Below, piece by piece: positions 28,518-39,054 of a stretch of 52,951 nt of DNA. Position 1 is the first letter of the stretch; every line of letters begins with the position of its first letter. Under the pieces are notes generated by a model. That model searched no databases. It had not been told where the DNA came from and was given only the letters and a program-made list of their open reading frames with translations. Location of the stretch: the NCBI RefSeq assembly GCF_049974945.1, contig NZ_JBNGCU010000002.1, positions 1 to 52,951 on the forward strand, given 5' to 3'. A program made the position numbers and the translations under genes. This DNA comes from Methanocrinis sp. GTDB lineage: Archaea > Halobacteriota > Methanosarcinia > Methanotrichales > Methanotrichaceae.

Positions 28518-29636
28518 TTAAAAGTTCGATGAGGCTGCGACATCTTTGAGCTGGGCGATCCTGTAGCCACAGATCACCTGCCTCCTTCCCGAGATCGTCT
28601 CGTCGAGGTCGAAGTCTCCGGTGTCGACGAGAAGGCGGGGTGTCTCCTTCAGCTTGTGAGGCGTGGCTACGATGATGAGGTTTTCTGGCCCCGCCTTTCG
28701 GAGGACTTCTGGGCTGATCTGCTGGCTTCCCCTCCCCAAGACGAAGCCCTGAGCGCCGATGGGGCTGACTATGATTTTCGCTCTTTCGACTTCATATATT
28801 ATTCTTAGAATGTCCCGTTCCGATGCGTCGCGGCAGATTACTCGGCCGTCTTTCACCACGTCGACTCCGAGGAGGGTCTTCTCTACCCCCAGGACTTCGG
28901 CGATCTTGGCGGTGGTGGTACCAGCCCCCAGGATGTATGTCGAGCCGTCTCGCATGAACTCCGAGGCGAAGATCGCGATCTCTTGTTTAAACTCCTCCTC
29001 GGAGCTGGCGGAGTAGATCTGCTTTCTCTCCTGGACCAGGGCGGGCAGGTAGGGGGTCCTTGCTATGCCGTAGATCTTGGTATCGAGGGTCCCGGCCCGG
29101 TACTTCTCCTCGTCGACGTCCACGATCTCAGTTTCTCGCGTCTTGAGATCTCCCTCCAGGTATCCCCGGACGAGTTCCCCCGCCGCTTGCGGGCTGATGG
29201 CGAAGACCCCCGAGTGCATCTTGACGCCGGCGGGGATCCCGATGATGGGGACCTGCGATCCGATGACGCCTGAGACGTCCCGGGCGGTCCCGTCGCCGCC
29301 GCAGAAGACGACCAGGTCGACACCCTCCTCGATTAAAGACCTGCAGACCTCCTTTGTGTCTTCGGCGCTCGTTTTCTCCGAGGTCTGGAAGACCACCTGG
29401 AATTCGAGGCCTGCTCTTCGAAGCGCGCTCTCCCCCATATCGCCGCTGGCAGTAAAAAAAAGGGCGCCGAGCCCCAAAAGCTCTTTCAGGGTCGCCCTTG
29501 CCCGGCGGGGGGCGACGGGCTCTGCTCCTCTGGCCACCGCCTCCTCGGCTAGGCCGTCGGTCCCCTTGAGACCGACGGCCCCGCCCATCCCGGCGACGGG
29601 GTTGATCAGAAACCCCACCTTCTTCAGCTTCTCCAT
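28518..29636 (-). CDS. ATP-NAD/AcoX kinase family protein
   Basis: INPVAGMGG.VGLKGTDG, GGDGTARD, GIPAGVKMHSGVF, GRGSQQISP. Confidence 0.88.
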   Translation of the reverse strand: MEKLKKVGFLINPVAGMGGAVGLKGTDGLAEEAVARGAEPVAPRRARATLKELLGLGALFFTASGDMGESALRRAGLEFQVVFQTSEKTSAEDTKEVCRSLIEEGVDLVVFCGGDGTARDVSGVIGSQVPIIGIPAGVKMHSGVFAISPQAAGELVRGYLEGDLKTRETEIVDVDEEKYRAGTLDTKIYGIARTPYLPALVQERKQIYSASSEEEFKQEIAIFASEFMRDGSTYILGAGTTTAKIAEVLGVEKTLLGVDVVKDGRVICRDASERDILRIIYEVERAKIIVSPIGAQGFVLGRGSQQISPEVLRKAGPENLIIVATPHKLKETPRLLVDTGDFDLDETISGRRQVICGYRIAQLKDVAASSNF

Positions 29637-29649
29637 CCCCTTTCGAAGC

Positions 29650-31002
29650 TCAGAACTTGGGGATCTTCGCCAGGGACTGCTTCACCAGCTTCGCCGGGTA
29701 CTCGTAATCGACGAGGTTTCCGGAGAAATAGGCGTCGTAGCTGGAGAGGTCGAAGTGGCCGTGGCCGCTGAGGGAGATGACGATCGTCTTCTCCTCGCCG
29801 GTCTTCTTGCACTCGACCGCGTCGTCTATGGCCGGCTTTATGGCGTGGGAGGACTCGGGTGCGGGAAGGATCCCCTCGGTCCGGGCGAAGGTGACGGCGG
29901 CTTCGAAGACCTCGTTCTGGTGGAAGGACTGCCCCTCGATGACGCCGTCATGGACGAGGTTGCAGAGGAGGGGGGCGTCTCCGTGGTACCGGAGCCCTCC
30001 GGCGTGGATCGAGGGCGGTATGAAGTCGTGGCCGAGGGTGTACATCTTGAGGAGGGGGGTGAGCCTCGCTGTGTCCCCGAAGTCGTAGGCGTAGAGTCCC
30101 TTGGTCAGGGTCGGGCAGGCCGCGGGCTCGCAGGCGACCATCCTGATCTCCTTTTTGTCCTTCAATTTGTCGGGGACGAAGGGGAAGACCATCCCCGGGA
30201 AGTTGGAGCCTCCGCCGACGCAGCCGTAGATGACGTCCGGATAGTCGTCGACGATCGCCATCTGCTTCTTCAGCTCCTGCCCCTCCACGGTCTGGTGGAG
30301 GAGGACGTGATTGAGGACGGAGCCCAGGGCGTAGTTGGTGTTATCGTGGGTCGCAGCATCCTCTACCGCCTCGGAGATGGCGATCCCCAGGCTTCCTCCG
30401 GTATCGGGGTGCTCTTTTAAGATCGCCCTTCCGGCGTTGGTCAGATCGCTGGGGCTCGCCACGCACTCGGCGCCCCAGACCTGCATTATGCTCTTTCGGT
30501 AGGGCTTCTGGTCGAAGGACGCCCTCACCATGTAGACCCTGCACTCTATGTCGAAGAAGCTGGTGGCCATGGAGAGGGCCGAGCCCCACTGGCCGGCGCC
30601 GGTCTCGGTGGCGATCCTCTCGATCCCGGCCTCTCGATTGTAGTAGGCCTGGGCTACGGCGGTGTTGGGCTTGTGGCTACCGGCGGGGCTGACCCCCTCG
30701 TACTTGTAGTAGATCTTGGCCGGGGTCTTGAGGTGCTCTTCGAGCCGATGGGCCCGGAAGAGGGGGGTCGGCCTCCAGAGCTTGAGGATCTCCCGCACCT
30801 CGTCGGGGATCTCGATCCACCGCTCGGTGCTCATCTCCTGCTTAATCAATTCCCTCGGAAAGATCATCTCCAGATCGGTTGGAGCCAGGGGCTCTCCGGT
30901 CTGGGGGTTCAGGGGCGGGTCCAGGGGCGTCAAGAGGTCGGCGGCGACGTTGTACCATCGCTTGGGCAGCTCTTCCTCATCCAGCAGAATTTTAGTTTGC
31001 AG
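29650..31002 (-). CDS. trpB2: TrpB2 (tryptophan synthase beta-like PLP enzyme), probable CTG start
   Basis: [33 protein letters not shown]. The conserved N-terminus [15 protein letters not shown] lies upstream of the ORF-track start. Confidence 0.92.
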   Translation of the reverse strand: MQTKILLDEEELPKRWYNVAADLLTPLDPPLNPQTGEPLAPTDLEMIFPRELIKQEMSTERWIEIPDEVREILKLWRPTPLFRAHRLEEHLKTPAKIYYKYEGVSPAGSHKPNTAVAQAYYNREAGIERIATETGAGQWGSALSMATSFFDIECRVYMVRASFDQKPYRKSIMQVWGAECVASPSDLTNAGRAILKEHPDTGGSLGIAISEAVEDAATHDNTNYALGSVLNHVLLHQTVEGQELKKQMAIVDDYPDVIYGCVGGGSNFPGMVFPFVPDKLKDKKEIRMVACEPAACPTLTKGLYAYDFGDTARLTPLLKMYTLGHDFIPPSIHAGGLRYHGDAPLLCNLVHDGVIEGQSFHQNEVFEAAVTFARTEGILPAPESSHAIKPAIDDAVECKKTGEEKTIVISLSGHGHFDLSSYDAYFSGNLVDYEYPAKLVKQSLAKIPKF

Positions 31003-31134
31003 AAGTTATCCCTCCAGAAATGATGAGTTCTGATGTACTCATATGGGCATTATAGTAATGCTGGCGGCGTTATTTAAGGGTTTGGGGGATTATGGGTTGA
31101 GCCAAAGACGCTTTTCTAAGACGAACTCTCTGAC

Positions 31135-31309
31135 CTATCCTCCCAGATAAAGCCCCCTCACGTCGGCGTCCTCCAGGAGGCTCCTTCCCGGCCCTTCGTA
31201 GCGGTTTCTTCCCATCTCCAGGACGTAGCCCCGGTCGCTTATGGAGAGGGCCTTCTATCGCGTTCTGCTCCACCATCATGATGGCGGCTCCGGTATGGTT
31301 GAGGTCTAT
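31135..31309 (-). pseudogene. livF: Frameshifted 3' remnant of LivF-type branched-chain amino acid ABC ATPase
   Basis: IDLNHTGAAIMMVEQNA, then a shift near 31257 to KALSISDRGYVLEMGRNRYEGPGRSLLEDADVRGLYLGG*. Confidence 0.85.
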
Positions 31310-31451
31310 CGCCGACGACGGGAAGGTCAAGTCAGGAAGATCCGGACCTGATCGGATGTTATCTCATACCTCTATTGTTATTACATATTTGAAGATCTGT
31401 GCGAAAGGATTATTTACGGGAACCCGGATAGGTCTTCAGGGGTGCGAGATC

Positions 31452-31823
31452 GTGACAGACTGGCCCATTCTCCTGCTGATCATGGAAGGGATACCCTTCC
31501 TCGCGTTCGTTTATTACCTGGAGCACAAGAAGAGGATGTACCTGCTGGAGAGGGGCGGGGCAGAGCAGGCCAGAGAGGAGTCTTTGGACCTGAGGCTCGA
31601 GAGGCGGCTTTCGAGCGGCCTCTTCCTCTCCCTGACCGGATTCTCTCTCATCCTCTCGCCCAGCCTGGCCGGGTTTGCGGGCATCGAGACTTCTCTCACC
31701 TTCGAGCTTCTGGTGATGGGGATCGTCGTCCTCTGCTCGGGGCTGGCCATGCTGATCGGGTACGGTCTCATGAAGGGGAGAAAGATCTACTCGGCATCTG
31801 AGGGCATGCTGGAGTTCAAGTAG
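31452..31823 (+). CDS. Small 3-TM membrane protein (DUF6249-like)
   Basis: YYLEHKKRMYLLERG followed by two hydrophobic helices; GTG start inferred. Confidence 0.65.
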   Translation: MTDWPILLLIMEGIPFLAFVYYLEHKKRMYLLERGGAEQAREESLDLRLERRLSSGLFLSLTGFSLILSPSLAGFAGIETSLTFELLVMGIVVLCSGLAMLIGYGLMKGRKIYSASEGMLEFK

Positions 31824-31958
31824 ATCACCGGGAAAAAATCGGCAGGAAAAAAGCTCTCTTCCCTTGAGCTCCGGGTCCGAGTTCGCGTCCGCAAATCACA
31901 AAAATAATTTGTATGAGTCGGCTTCGGAGCCGACTCCCGGACGGTTCTTCTCGCCTTT

Positions 31959-33647
31959 TCACATCATCCCCGGGGGCATTCCCATGCCGCCCATCCCCGC
32001 AGGCATCCCGCACATGCCGCCACCGGGCATCCCGCCCATGCCGGCGCCAGCCGGAGGCTGCTCGGTCCTCTGGGCGGCGATGACGTCGTCGATCCTGAGG
32101 ATCAGGACGGTGGCGTCGGTGGCGGACTTGATGGCCTGGGTCTTCACCCGGAGGGGCTCGACGACCCCCATCTCCCACATGTCCACGACCTTGCCGTCGA
32201 GGGTGTTCAGGCCGCCGGTCTTCATGCCCGCCTCGTGGCTGCTCTTCATATCCGTCAGCTTGGTTATGGCGTCAAAGCCGGCATTCTCGGCCAGGGCCTT
32301 GGGGATCTCGGCCATCGCCTCGGCGAACTTCTCGACCGCGAGCTGCTCCCGCCCCTTGAAGTTTGCGGAGTGCTCTCTCAGCTTGAGGTAGAGCTCCACC
32401 TCGGGGGCTCCGCCGCCAGCGACCAGGGTTTTGTCCTCTACGGCGGCGGCGACGGCGTGGAGGGCGTCGTCGAGAGCCCTCTCCAGGCTGTCTACGACCT
32501 GCTGGGTTCCGCCCCGGAGGAGGAGCGAGACCGTCCCCTCCTTGGCCAGGCCAGTGACGAAGGTCATGTGGGCTCCGCCGACCTTCTTCTCCTCGACCAG
32601 GTCTGCGCGGCCCAGGTCGGCAGGGGTCATCTCGTCGAGGTTGGTGACGATGTTTCCGCCCGAGGCCCGAGCCAGCTTCTTGAGGTCGGTCTTTCTGATC
32701 CTGCGCAAGGCCATGATGCCGGCCTTCGAGAGGTAGCTCTGGGCCAGGTCCTCGATCCCCTTCTGGCAGAAGACGACGTTCGCGCCGGTGGCGATCACCT
32801 TGTCGACCACTTTCTTGATCGCCTCCTTCTCCTGGTTGGCGAAGATCTTGAACTGCTCGGAGCTGGTTATGGAGATCTCGGCCTTCGTCTCGGTATCTCG
32901 AACCTCGATGGGGGTCCCGAGGATCGCGATCTTGGCGTCCTTGACCTTCTTGGGCATGTTGGAGTGGACCCTCTCTCTATCGATTATTATCCCCTGGAAG
33001 AGCTCGGTGTCCTCCATGCTCTCTCCGGCCTTCTTCTCCACGATGACGTTCTTGAGGGATACGACCTTCTCCCCCTCGTCGGTCTCCTCGGTGACCGCCC
33101 TGACCATATCGACGACGTGCTTTGCCATCTCCAGGTCTGGGGCTCCGGCGAGCTTTCCGGTCATGGCGGTGAGGGCTATCTTCTCCAGGAGCTCTCTATT
33201 CTCCTCGGAGACCTCTCTCGCCATCTCCTCTAAAACCTCGATCGCTCTCTCTGAGGCCATCATGTAGCCCTGGACGATCATCGTCGGGTGGACGCCCATA
33301 TCCATCAGCTCCTCCGCCCTCTTGAGGAGTTCTCCGGTGAGGATCGCCACCGTCGTCGTCCCGTCGCCGACGACGTCGTTTTGGGCCTTGGCCGCCTCCA
33401 CCAGCATCTTCGCGGCGGGGTGCTCCACCTCCATCTCCCGGAGGATGGTCACGCCGTCGTTTGTTATTGTAACGTCTCCGATGGTGTCGACGAGGAGCTT
33501 GTCCATCCCCCGGGGCCCCAGGGTGCTCCGGACCGCCTTGGCGACGGCTCTTGCTGCCATGATGTTGTTAGACATGGCCTCTTTTCCCCGCTCTCGCCGA
33601 GCGCCTTCTCTGAGAATCAATATCGGCTGTCCACCTAATCCTGCCAT
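31959..33647 (-). CDS. ths: Thermosome (group II chaperonin) subunit
   Basis: [32 protein letters not shown] tail; ATG at 33647. Confidence 0.96.
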   Translation of the reverse strand: MAGLGGQPILILREGARRERGKEAMSNNIMAARAVAKAVRSTLGPRGMDKLLVDTIGDVTITNDGVTILREMEVEHPAAKMLVEAAKAQNDVVGDGTTTVAILTGELLKRAEELMDMGVHPTMIVQGYMMASERAIEVLEEMAREVSEENRELLEKIALTAMTGKLAGAPDLEMAKHVVDMVRAVTEETDEGEKVVSLKNVIVEKKAGESMEDTELFQGIIIDRERVHSNMPKKVKDAKIAILGTPIEVRDTETKAEISITSSEQFKIFANQEKEAIKKVVDKVIATGANVVFCQKGIEDLAQSYLSKAGIMALRRIRKTDLKKLARASGGNIVTNLDEMTPADLGRADLVEEKKVGGAHMTFVTGLAKEGTVSLLLRGGTQQVVDSLERALDDALHAVAAAVEDKTLVAGGGAPEVELYLKLREHSANFKGREQLAVEKFAEAMAEIPKALAENAGFDAITKLTDMKSSHEAGMKTGGLNTLDGKVVDMWEMGVVEPLRVKTQAIKSATDATVLILRIDDVIAAQRTEQPPAGAGMGGMPGGGMCGMPAGMGGMGMPPGMM

Positions 33648-33681
33648 AAATTGCCTCCTTCTCAGGATCTGACTATTTGAT

Positions 33682-33702
33682 CTTCTATAAAAGGGTTTTC
33701 CG
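33682..33702 (-). promoter_or_regulatory. BRE/TATA promoter of the thermosome gene
   Basis: Minus strand GCGGAAAACCCTTTTATAGAA, about 35-55 nt upstream of the ATG. Confidence 0.5.
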
Positions 33703-33786
33703 CTAAAGGTCATGCTGTGGCGGCGAATAAAAGTTTACAGATCAGACTCAAAGAGCGGCCCGGGATCGAAGAGATGACCCTTCTCT

Positions 33787-35682
33787 TCACCCCTCGTTCA
33801 TCCTCCTCAAGGCCGCCGCCCGGTTTCGCTTCGCGTCGGCGAAGCCCGGATTTATGGCCAGCGCCCGATCGTAGCTCTCGACCGCCTCCTCATACCGTTC
33901 TAGATTGTAGAGGGCGGCCCCCCTGTTGTTCCAGGCGTTGGCGTGATCTGGGTTGATCTCGATCGTCCTGTTGTAGCAGTCCAGGGCCTCCTCGACCCTG
34001 CCCAGGGCCGAGAGGACCACCCCCCTGTTGTTCCAGGCCTCCTCCATATCGGGGTCTGCCTCGAGGGCCCGGTCGATGGACTCGATGGCCTGATCTTTTT
34101 TATCGAGGGTGTAGAGGATCCAACCCCGGTTGTTCCAGGCTTGGGCGTGGTCTGGGTCGATCTCGGCGGCCCGGCTGAAGAGCTGGAGGGCCTCCTCGGT
34201 TCTGCCCAGGCCGTAGACCAGGATCCCCTTCCTGTAGAGGGCGGGCTCGTACTCGGGATCGACCTCTATGGCCCGTTCCAGGGAGCTGATCGCCTCGCTG
34301 GTCCGCCTCAGATCGGCGAGGGCGACCCCTTTGTGGTACCAGGTCTCGCCCCTCTCGGAGTCGATCTCCAGGGCCTGGTCGTAGCACCAGATCGCCTCGC
34401 TGGGCCGGCCCATCCGGTAGAGGGTGTGCCCCTTGCTGTGCCAGGCGTCGGCGTCCTCGGGATCGATCCTGATCACCTCGTCGTAGGACTTGATGGCGTC
34501 AAAGAACCTCTCCTGGCCGTAGAAGGCAGAAGCCCGGTTGTACCAGGCGATCTTGTAGTCCGGGTCGATCTCCGTCGCCCGGTCGTAGCACCCGATCGCC
34601 TCCTCGGCCCTCCCCAGGCTGACCAGGATGACTCCCTTGTTGTTCCAGGCCAGGGGGAAGGTGGGAGCGATCTCGAGGGACCGGTTGTAGCAGTCGATGG
34701 CCTCAACGAACCTTCCCAGGTCGCCGAGGGCCCGCCCACGGTTGTACCAGGCGAGGGCGAATTCCGGATCGATCTCGAGGGACCGGTTGTAGCAGTCCAG
34801 GGCCTCTTCGATCCTCCCCAGGTTGTGAAGGGCGAGCCCTTTGTTGCTCCAGGCGATAAGGTAGTCGGGATCGATCTTTATCGCGGACTCGAAGCTTTTG
34901 GCCGCCTCCTCGTACCTCTCCAGAATTCCCAGAGCAAGCCCCCTCTCGTTCCAGACCGTCGCGTCCTCGGGGTCAGCCTTCAGGGCCCCGTCGAGGTATC
35001 CGACCGCCTCCTCGATCCTCCCGCGGGCCGAGAGGAGGTCGGCCGCCCCTCGCCAAGAGCCGGTGAGGCCCGGGTTGATCCTCAGGGCGGCGTCGAAGGA
35101 GGCCAGGGCCTCCTCGTCCCTCCCCAAGGCCCTCAGGGCGTTCCCCCTGTTCTGGGCGGCCTCGGCGAGGCCGGGCTTTGCCCGCAGGGCGCGGCCGAAG
35201 CAGCGCTCCGCCTCCTCGTAATCGCCGAGAACCCCGAAGATCAGGCCCCTGTTGTTCCAGGCCTTGGCGTTTCCCGGATCGATGGCAAGAGAACGATTGT
35301 AAGCGGAGAGGGCCTCCTCCACCCTCCCCAGGAAGCTGAGGGCGTTTCCCATCTCGTACCAGAGGACGGAGTTCTCGGGATCGATTCTGAGGGCCATATC
35401 GAAGGACCCGGTTGCCATCTTCCGATCGCTGAGGTTGTAGAGGCCGATCTCGCCCCTGAGAACCCAGGCCTCGGCCCGGCCCGGGTCGATCTCGAGAGAT
35501 CTGTTTATGCAGTCGAGAGCGAGGTCGAAGGAGCCCTCCTGGCGGTATCGGTCCGCCTCCGCGAGGAGCTCGGCCGCCGCCCGGTCTTCGGCCAGGGCGG
35601 GGGACGCCAGAGCGAGTATCAAGATCAGAATCAGAATAGAGATCTTGATCGAGATCGACGCGAGGAGGGCTCCGGGTCTCAT
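33787..35682 (-). CDS. Secreted tetratricopeptide-repeat protein (about 17 TPRs by length)
   Basis: Signal peptide ending ASPALA; repeated AW.N.G..L..LGR.EEA...Y..AL.IDP units. Confidence 0.9.
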   Translation of the reverse strand: MRPGALLASISIKISILILILILALASPALAEDRAAAELLAEADRYRQEGSFDLALDCINRSLEIDPGRAEAWVLRGEIGLYNLSDRKMATGSFDMALRIDPENSVLWYEMGNALSFLGRVEEALSAYNRSLAIDPGNAKAWNNRGLIFGVLGDYEEAERCFGRALRAKPGLAEAAQNRGNALRALGRDEEALASFDAALRINPGLTGSWRGAADLLSARGRIEEAVGYLDGALKADPEDATVWNERGLALGILERYEEAAKSFESAIKIDPDYLIAWSNKGLALHNLGRIEEALDCYNRSLEIDPEFALAWYNRGRALGDLGRFVEAIDCYNRSLEIAPTFPLAWNNKGVILVSLGRAEEAIGCYDRATEIDPDYKIAWYNRASAFYGQERFFDAIKSYDEVIRIDPEDADAWHSKGHTLYRMGRPSEAIWCYDQALEIDSERGETWYHKGVALADLRRTSEAISSLERAIEVDPEYEPALYRKGILVYGLGRTEEALQLFSRAAEIDPDHAQAWNNRGWILYTLDKKDQAIESIDRALEADPDMEEAWNNRGVVLSALGRVEEALDCYNRTIEINPDHANAWNNRGAALYNLERYEEAVESYDRALAINPGFADAKRNRAAALRRMNEG

Positions 35683-35771
35683 GGGTGAGGAGATCTACCC
35701 CGCTCCCGAATATCTTTTTTGGTGGCCCGGGGTGGCTCGCCCTCCGGCTGGATCTTCGGCGCCGTCGAGCG

Positions 35772-38700
35772 CTACGATGAGCTGAGCTCGATGAACCTGT
35801 CGTAGCACTCGACGGCCTTCCTGTGCAGGCCCAGCTTGTAAAAGTCGTCGCCCTTCCGGTTCCAGCACCTCACGTCCCCGGGATCGAGGGCTAAGGCCCT
35901 ATCGTAGCTCTCGACCGCCTCACTGTACTTGCCGAGGCCGTCGAGGGCCGTCCCTCTCGCATACCAGATGTCGGCGGAGTTCGGGTTGATCCCTACCGCA
36001 GAATCGTAGCTCTCGACCGCCTCCTTGTACCTTCCGAGCTTCTGCAGGGCGAGCCCCCTCTCGTACCAGGCCTCCCCATCTTCGGGCTCGATCTCGACCG
36101 CCCTGCCGTACGATTCGACGGCATCGGTATACCGGGCCGCGGAATAGAGGAGGTGGCCCTTCCTCCGCCAGGCCTTGGCGAAGTTCGGATCGACCTCGGC
36201 TGCCCTCTCGTAGCACTCCAGGGCCTCATCGCCCCGGCCCATCTCCTCCAGAATCTCTCCCTTCTCCTGCCAGGCCTCAGGGCTGGTGGGATCAGCCGAT
36301 ATCGCCTCCTCGTAAGAGGCTATCGCCTCCTCGGCCCTCCCCTGACCCTCCAGGACCGAGCCTCTGCCGCGCCACGCCTCGCCGAGGGCGGGATCGACGG
36401 CTATAGCCTGGTCGTAAGATCTGAGGGCGTCTTCCATCCTCCCCGACCTCTCCAGGGCGGAGCCCCTCAGAGACCACGCGCCGGCGTCCCGCGGATCGAT
36501 CTCGACGGCCCGGTCGTAAGAGAGGATCGCATCGTCGAGCCTGCCCACCACTTCATAGACCTCTCCCCTCTCGATCCAGAGCTCCTTCTCCGAGGGGTCG
36601 ATCTCGATGGCGGCATCGTAGCAGCTTATAGCCTCCTGGTATCTCCCGAGCCCGGCGAGGGCGAGGCCCCTGCCGCGCCACGCGGGGGCGCTCTCGGGAT
36701 CGGCATTCAGGACCTCATCGTAGCACTCTGCGGCCTCCTCAAACCTCTCCAGGCTCTGGAGCGCCTCGCCCCTCCCGCACAGGGCCTCGAGATCCGATGG
36801 GTCTTCGGCGAGGGCTCGGTCGTAGCAGTCGAGGGCCTCCTCGTAATCGCCCACCATCTGGAGGGAGAAGCCCCTCTTCTGCCAGACGTCCTCGTAGGAT
36901 GGGTCGATCTTGATGACCTGATGGTAGCACTCTGCGGCCTCCTCATAGCCGCCGAGCTGGAGATGGGCGGAGCCCTTGCTGTACCAGGCCTTCGCCTCCA
37001 GGGGAGCCACCTCTATCACCTTCTCGTAGCAGTCTGCGGCCTCCTCGTATCTCCCCAGGCTGTAGAGGGCTTCCCCCTTCTCGTACCGATCGATCTCGAT
37101 CACCTTGTCATAGCACTCTATCGAGTCGGCGTATCTGCCCAGGGAAAAGAGGGCTACCCCCCTGTTGTACCAGAGGGAGACGTCCGAGGGGCTGATCTCC
37201 AGGGCCTCGCCGTAGCATCTCGCAGCCTCCTCGTACCTCCCCAGGCTGTAGAGGGCAAGCCCCTTGTTCTGCCAGGCTCCCTCATAAGACGGATCGATCT
37301 CGATGACCCGGCTGTAGCTGCTGGCCGCCTCGTCGAGCCTGCTGGCGTTGAAGAGGAGAGATCCCCTGTTGTACCAGACGTCCGGGTCGCCGGGATCGAT
37401 GGCTATGGCCTCGTCGTAAGAATCGATCGCCTCCTGGTATTCGCCGAGGCGGGCGAGAGCGTCTCCCCGGCCGCGCCAGGCGTCGATCCTGGAGCCGTTG
37501 ATGGAGATCGCCTCACTGTAAGAGCTCACAGCCTCCCGGTACCTCTCCAGCCTGTAGAGGGCGACGCCCCGGTTGTACCAGGCGTTCTCGTGGGTGGGAT
37601 CTACCCCTGTCACCTCCTCATAACACTCGACCGACTGGTTGTACCTTCCGAGGATGTAGAGGGCGTTGCACCTCCTGTTCAAGACGTTCGCATTGAGGGG
37701 GTCGGTCTCGAGGGCCTTCTCGTAACAGCTGAGGGCCTCCTCGTACCTGCTGAGCCTGGCGAGGGCGAGGCCCTTGTTGTACCAGGCCCTCTCGTCCTCG
37801 GGGTCGGTCTCCAGAGCGTGGTCGAAGGCCACCATCGCCTCCTCGTACCTGCCGAGATCGCTGAGGACGAGCCCCTTGTTCTGCCAGACGTCCTCGTGAG
37901 TGGGATCGATCTCTATGGCCCGATCATAACCCTCCACCGCCTCCTCGCCCCTCCCGAGACGGTCGAGGACGACGCCCTGGTTGAACCAGGCGTTCGAGTA
38001 GCCGGGATCGATCTTCGCCGCCTCCTGGTAACAGCCGAGGGCCTCGCCGTAGCGGCCGAGGGCATAGAGGGCGTTCCCCTTGTTGTTCAAGACGGCGACG
38101 AGCTGCCGATCGATCTTGAGAGCCTCGTCGTAAGATGTGATCGCCTCCTCGTACCTTCCGAGCTCGCTCTGGGCGAGGCCCTTGTTGTACCAGGCAGCAT
38201 GGCAGAGAGGATCGATCTGGACGGCGGAATCGTAACATCTGAAGGCCTCCTCGTACCTTCCGAGCTCGCTGAGGAGGACGCCCTTGTTGAACCAGACGTC
38301 GGCTGAAGAGGGGTCGATAGATATCGCCTGGTCGTAACATTCCAGGGCCTCCTCGGCCATCCCCTGGCTGTAGAGGGCGAGACCCCTGGCGTGCCATGAG
38401 GCGACGTCATCTCCGTCGATCTCCAGGGCGATGTCATAACATTCGATCGCCTGGTCATACTTTCCCATGCCGTAGAGGGCGAGCCCCTTCTGCCGCCAGA
38501 GATCTGCCTTGGTCGGGTCGATCATCAGCGCCTCGTCGTAAGATCTCGCAGCCTCCTGGTACCTTCCGAGGGTGTAGAGGGCGAGCCCCCGGGCCCGCCA
38601 GAAGTCCTGGTCGGAGGAGTTGAGCTCTATGGCCCGGTCGTAGCAGCCCACGGCCCGGTCGTACTCCTCCAGGCTGTGGAGGGCGAAGCCCTGGCTGTAC

Positions 38701-38987
38701 CAGATCTGGGGGTCGGAGGGATCGACCTTCAGCGACTGGTTGAAACTGTCGGCCGCCTCTCGGTATCTCCTCTGGTCGCTGTAGATGTAGCCCTTCAGGT
38801 TCCAGGCGTCCGGATAGGTTGGGTCGATATCCAGGGATTTGTTGACATAAAGAAGAGCAAGCTCGTAAGATCCACTTGAGTAGAAGCTTATGGCCTTGCC
38901 AAGCCAGCCCCCGGGCTCCTCCTCCCCCAGGGCCAGAGGGGGGCAGGCCAGAGATAAGATAAGAATCGGCAGGACCCAGCGCTTCAT
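35772..38987 (-). CDS. Secreted tetratricopeptide-repeat protein (about 30 TPRs by length)
   Basis: Signal peptide MKRWVLPILILSLACPPLALG, then continuous 34-aa TPR units. Confidence 0.9.
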   Translation of the reverse strand: MKRWVLPILILSLACPPLALGEEEPGGWLGKAISFYSSGSYELALLYVNKSLDIDPTYPDAWNLKGYIYSDQRRYREAADSFNQSLKVDPSDPQIWYSQGFALHSLEEYDRAVGCYDRAIELNSSDQDFWRARGLALYTLGRYQEAARSYDEALMIDPTKADLWRQKGLALYGMGKYDQAIECYDIALEIDGDDVASWHARGLALYSQGMAEEALECYDQAISIDPSSADVWFNKGVLLSELGRYEEAFRCYDSAVQIDPLCHAAWYNKGLAQSELGRYEEAITSYDEALKIDRQLVAVLNNKGNALYALGRYGEALGCYQEAAKIDPGYSNAWFNQGVVLDRLGRGEEAVEGYDRAIEIDPTHEDVWQNKGLVLSDLGRYEEAMVAFDHALETDPEDERAWYNKGLALARLSRYEEALSCYEKALETDPLNANVLNRRCNALYILGRYNQSVECYEEVTGVDPTHENAWYNRGVALYRLERYREAVSSYSEAISINGSRIDAWRGRGDALARLGEYQEAIDSYDEAIAIDPGDPDVWYNRGSLLFNASRLDEAASSYSRVIEIDPSYEGAWQNKGLALYSLGRYEEAARCYGEALEISPSDVSLWYNRGVALFSLGRYADSIECYDKVIEIDRYEKGEALYSLGRYEEAADCYEKVIEVAPLEAKAWYSKGSAHLQLGGYEEAAECYHQVIKIDPSYEDVWQKRGFSLQMVGDYEEALDCYDRALAEDPSDLEALCGRGEALQSLERFEEAAECYDEVLNADPESAPAWRGRGLALAGLGRYQEAISCYDAAIEIDPSEKELWIERGEVYEVVGRLDDAILSYDRAVEIDPRDAGAWSLRGSALERSGRMEDALRSYDQAIAVDPALGEAWRGRGSVLEGQGRAEEAIASYEEAISADPTSPEAWQEKGEILEEMGRGDEALECYERAAEVDPNFAKAWRRKGHLLYSAARYTDAVESYGRAVEIEPEDGEAWYERGLALQKLGRYKEAVESYDSAVGINPNSADIWYARGTALDGLGKYSEAVESYDRALALDPGDVRCWNRKGDDFYKLGLHRKAVECYDRFIELSSS

Positions 38988-39054
38988 GTCAAATTAAATC
39001 ATTCTATTAATCGATATATCTTGTGGTTTGAGGGCTATCGCGGAGGAAGCTCCC

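Noticed and set aside
33943-38306. Long antisense ORFs (581 and 717 aa) opposite the TPR genes, and similar ones opposite other genes
   Set aside because: Shadow ORFs expected from high-GC codon bias and repeats; no recognisable motifs.
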